A stretch of 21,294 nucleotides of DNA from Takakia lepidozioides (lineage: Eukaryota > Plantae > Bryophyta). The notes below the pieces were generated by a model. That model was not told where the DNA came from. It was given only the letters and a program-made list of their open reading frames with translations, and did no database searches. Of this stretch, positions 18,197-21,294 are shown one piece after another. The position numbers were made by a program, and so were the translations under genes. Each line of letters starts with the position of its first letter. Within the stretch, counting starts at the first letter, position 1. Where the stretch lies: NCBI GenBank assembly GCA_030704615.1, contig JAKLZA010000226.1, positions 1-21,294 of the forward strand, read 5' to 3'.

Positions 18197-19608
18197 GACA
18201 TGTCCTTGGAGGACTTGGCCGACATGCCATCGTGTAATTTGGCAGAGACTGTTCACAACGCCTGGATGCAACAGTCTACCAAAGCAGGTCGTGACTTGTA
18301 TGTGGCCACTGCTGATGACATGGTGCGGGCACTTACACAACAAACCAGGTACCGCAATTTTCTGATGGGACGGGGTGGAGGGAAGGGCCCCGATTCGACT
18401 TTGTTGATGCTAAGGGCTGCGAGTAGGTCCGGAGACCCGTCAAAGATGGCCAGAGCTCTAAACAGGTGCACTGAAGGTTCCCCTCTGCAATCCAGGCTCC
18501 CCCATTTGGAAGGCGAGGAAAGATTTGGATCATGCAAAAGGAAATTAAACACTCTTCCAGGGTCAGATGGAGATTCCCATAGGCCAGACAGGGTCAATTT
18601 CTCTGTGCCAAAGGTGTCTCCAGTGCAGACTAAGTCCTGTGCCGGCCCCTTCCCAGGTGGGTCCTCCTCCTGTGGAGCAGGTGCGGAACATGCAAGCATA
18701 GCAGCGGAAATCCCATTGGAGGAGGTGGTGGCCATGGTGCAGGAATCTGATTGCATTGATAGTGACTGGCATATAGAACGCACCCCACCAGGATCTAGAG
18801 TGGCTTGCATGGCAATTCGGACCCCCTCTTTCAAGAAATGCAAATCAAAAATATGCAAAGGCTCCAGGGGGACTCCAGCTCCAACATTCACAGGGTTGTT
18901 CCGACCTTATCATAGTGGGGAGTCAAAAGAGCACAAGTTTTGGTTCTGCCCAGACGATATGGCACGATGCGTGAAGGGAACAGTTCGTCCTTCCGTGATA
19001 ATGAAGCCCCCTCCCCCCGCAATTTGGCCTGTGCAAATTGGGACATCGCTGTCCTCAACCGAGATAAGCATGCTGGAGGAGGGAGGGTTTGTCTTGCACG
19101 GTCCCGGGTGGTGCCCTTATGCACTGTCGGCACAGATGTGCCACATGCTCCGACAATGCCTCCACCCGGTGCCAACTCCCACCCAACAAAAAGAGATGGA
19201 AAAACAGTGCGCCGTGTTGCTTCGGGTGCAGATCACGAATGCAAGATGGAATCGGCTAGAATTTTGCAGGCTACGGTGGCTCGTATCACCGAAGTCCCTT
19301 CCCCGGGGTATGGACGGATTTACACAGTGCTGTCAATTGGCTCAGTTCTTCATGCCAAAGAATATCAAGTTACCATTGGGAATTTCCCATCGTGCACTTG
19401 TCCGGATTTTGTAACGATGCGTGAGGGCGCTCTCGGCATGAGAGGGAAGTGGGTCCCCTGCAAGCATCAATATTACATATACCTTGTAATTATGTGTTGC
19501 GACGGTAAGAGAGACCAATTCATTCACCAAGCCACACTAGGCTACGGAGAAGTCATCACCCTTCTGCAGCGGGACACCTCGCGTAGAGCTCCGCCAACTT
19601 CTCTTTGA
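18197..19608 (+). CDS. MULE transposase, exon 2: catalytic E, Cys-rich module, C-terminal SWIM zinc finger; one frameshift near 19105
   Basis: CNLAETVHN (E at 18245) matches the MULE TNNxAEsxN motif. YQVTIGNFPSCTCPDF..PCKH is a SWIM (CxC..CxH, 19393-19467). ORFs 18179-19414 and 18940-19608 join with one added base around cccggg (19103-19108). Confidence 0.78.
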
Positions 19609-19925
19609 ACACATACGAGCCATGCCCGCTTCCCATGCTGGTTTCCAGGTTGCCGTGTGAAGACTTTTCATTTTATGACAAACATATACATTTCGTTCAC
19701 TTGTGAGGGCAAATGCACTTGCGATTCATTGTAAGCGTCTCTCTGTGAATTGAAATAAACTGTGTCAATCATTCTGAGCTCAAATCTGACATGTTTACAT
19801 ATTCCTCTTTTTTGGCACGCATTGCAGACATGGTGCATGGTGGCCTCCTTTGTTTTGTCCACGGTAATAGGCCCTCTTCCTGCAATCCTCGCCTATAGGA
19901 CCTGCTTCTCCAGCAGATTCATGCC

Positions 19926-20015
19926 GCTCACGCTTCCCTGAAGCGTGAGCTCAGCTCACGCTTCAAAGCTTGAACGTGAGCTCAGCTCCCAGGCTCACGG
20001 GGCTGGGCTCACGCC
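19926..20015. repeat. Twin hairpins / GCTCACG motif cluster downstream of the transposase
   Basis: gctcacgcttc-cct-gaagcgtgagc (19926-19950) and gctcacg(c)ttcaa-agc-ttgaacgtgagc (19954-19981), plus two more GCTCACG. Confidence 0.8.
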
Positions 20016-20224
20016 GTAGCTACGCTGCCATGAAGACAATGATGTCGTCTGCTTTCGGGAAAATGACTCCCGTCTGGCGTCGATAGATGTGATTCGGGCA
20101 CGACATGGCCTCACGACACAACACGAACTCAAAACAGGGAGGAGATGGGCACAACAGAGAAGAGTGAAGAGCAAAATGAGAGCAAGGCCTCCCTCACCGT
20201 AAGGCAGGTATTTGCTCTCCGAAG

Positions 20225-20700
20225 CCCAATTTCGGTGCCGTTATTGGATGGAGTGCGGAAGCTTCAGCCGAGAATTTTGTTTCCGCAGGTCAATTTCGGC
20301 GCCGTTATTGGTTGCAATCCCCAGCCTTCAGCCGGGTATTTGGTTTCCGGACCCAATTTCGGCGCCGTTATCGGCTGCACTCCGGTGGCTTCAGCCGAGT
20401 ATTTGGTTTCCGGGGCCCATTTCGGCGCCGTTATCGCCTGCACTCCGGAGGATGCAGCCGGGTATTTGGTTGGCGGAGCCCAATTACTTTCACCGTTGTT
20501 GGCTTCACTCCCGAGCCTTCAGCCGGCTATTTCTTTTCCTGTGCCCAATTACGGCGCCGTTATACCCAACCATCCTGCACTTCTGCAATAGTACTATCCA
20601 CGGTTATAGGTCGCCATTGCGTTTTCGGAGTCTGCAAACCCGGATCCTAATTCCGCTTGCGTCTCTGCCTCTGGGATAATTTCGGTGCCGTTATTGCCCA
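20225..20700. repeat. ~63-65-bp GC-rich tandem repeat, ~7 diverged copies (probably subterminal to the DNA transposon)
   Basis: aatttcggYgccgttat-like anchors at 20228, 20292, 20355, 20418, 20482, 20547 and 20678. Confidence 0.9.
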
Positions 20701-20735
20701 TAATTCAGTTTTTCTATGACCTGGCCTGGCGGTTC

Positions 20736-20941
20736 CATGAGCCTGGGCTCCAAGTCATGAGCGTACACTGGTACTCATGAGCGGAGTGCTTCCAGCATGA
20801 GCGCGGAAATCTTCGATTTTCGATTATTTTATAGTTTTTGGCCCGAAAAAAATCTGCCGAAATTCGAAGTGTGTTACTTTGCGGCTCATGGGTGAGAGCT
20901 CATGAGCTCACCGCTCATGAGCTCATGGAATAGCAACCCCC
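20736..20941. repeat. Probable right terminal region/TIR of the MULE-like element, with CATGAGC iterons and palindromes
   Basis: CATGAGC at 20736/20756/20776/20796. Perfect palindrome GAGCTCATGAGCTC at 20896-20909. Ends ...ggaatagcaaCCCCC (G-start on the opposite strand, as is typical of Mutator TIRs). No partner TIR was seen in the window. Confidence 0.55.
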
Positions 20942-21172
20942 TTGATGAGGGCATTCTAGAGTGGAAAGCCTGAACAAATTGTTCATATAAAGGTAAGTCC
21001 CACTACTGGAGTGAGCCCCTCACAAAGGTAGTGTTTGTTCCCTCTTGTTCCACCCAAACTGGGGCCACACGGCCACGGCAAAGGCCATCTTATGAGTACA
21101 TTCTATGTTTTACCCGCTTCTACTGCCCTCCAATTTTTGTGTCCTTTCTCTAACACAGTGGCATTCATTCAG

Positions 21173-21294
21173 GTGCTAGCAGAAGAGCTGGATTGTGCCG
21201 AGGAGGAGATTGTGGACTTTGAGTTAAATGTGTGTGACACGCAACCAAGCTGCATTGGGGGTGCTCGCAAAGAGTTCATTTTTTCGGTCAGGCT
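21173..21294 (+). CDS. DNPEP: Internal exon (partial) of host aspartyl aminopeptidase, peptidase family M18
   Basis: After a pyrimidine-rich stretch and ttcAG acceptor (21171-21172) it reads VLAEELDCAEEEIVDFELNVCDTQPSCIGGARKEFIFS(V)R. This matches the plant M18 motif ELNxCDTQPSCxGGAxxEFIFSGRLDNL. Absent from the ORF track. Confidence 0.88.
   Translation, partial: MLAEELDCAEEEIVDFELNVCDTQPSCIGGARKEFIFSVR

Larger units (their letters stand above)
14206..20941 (+). mobile_element. Putative MULE-like DNA transposon (right portion; left boundary not visible)
   Basis: Transposase gene, subterminal arrays and TIR-like end. Including 14206-16000 is inference. Confidence 0.5.

Noticed and set aside
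16023-18891. Numerous antisense and alternate-frame ORFs over the transposase (and likewise over pol)
   Set aside because: Shadow ORFs of long coding regions with no independent motifs.
19100-19414. C-terminal tail of the 411-aa ORF, and the 222-aa ORF as a separate gene
   Set aside because: Better explained by a single-base deletion near 19105 in one continuous transposase exon.
20145-20679. Three overlapping ORFs with 21-aa repeats
   Set aside because: By-product of the GC-rich 63-bp tandem repeat. Open in all three frames, and unit lengths of 64-65 break the frame.
20960-20998. Micro-exon ending at AAG|GTAAGT as the preceding aminopeptidase exon
   Set aside because: The translation (SGKPEQIVHIK) does not resemble the expected HHxxLLQ-type M18 sequence; probably a chance donor motif.

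Overview
Eukaryotic DNA, most likely from a non-seed land plant such as a bryophyte (inference), and almost entirely transposon-derived. Positions 1-14205 hold a minus-strand Ty3/Gypsy LTR retrotransposon in head-to-tail tandem with an 8917-bp period. One complete unit runs LTR (~11887-14205), tRNA-iMet PBS, gag/PR/RT/RH/IN, PPT, LTR (~2970-5288). That second LTR is followed directly by another PBS and gag-PR copy (1-2969), whose decay looks like long-read insertion error. The pol gene has a second, degenerate Ty3-type RNase H domain and a ~235-aa linker before the integrase. Both LTR ends appear offset from their primer sites by 11-12 nt self-complementary spacers. The retroelement sits in a 116-bp hairpin-containing tandem repeat (14206-14705). 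To the right are a minus-strand acidic exon/ORF and a spliced Mutator-like DDE transposase gene (16038-19608) with GCM-like, Cys-rich and SWIM modules. These are followed by twin hairpins, a ~63-bp tandem array and a phased CATGAGC motif cluster ending at a probable terminus (20941). The window ends in an internal exon of a host M18 aspartyl aminopeptidase gene (21173 onward), so the whole nest may lie in one large intron. All calls are by-eye; no searches were run.
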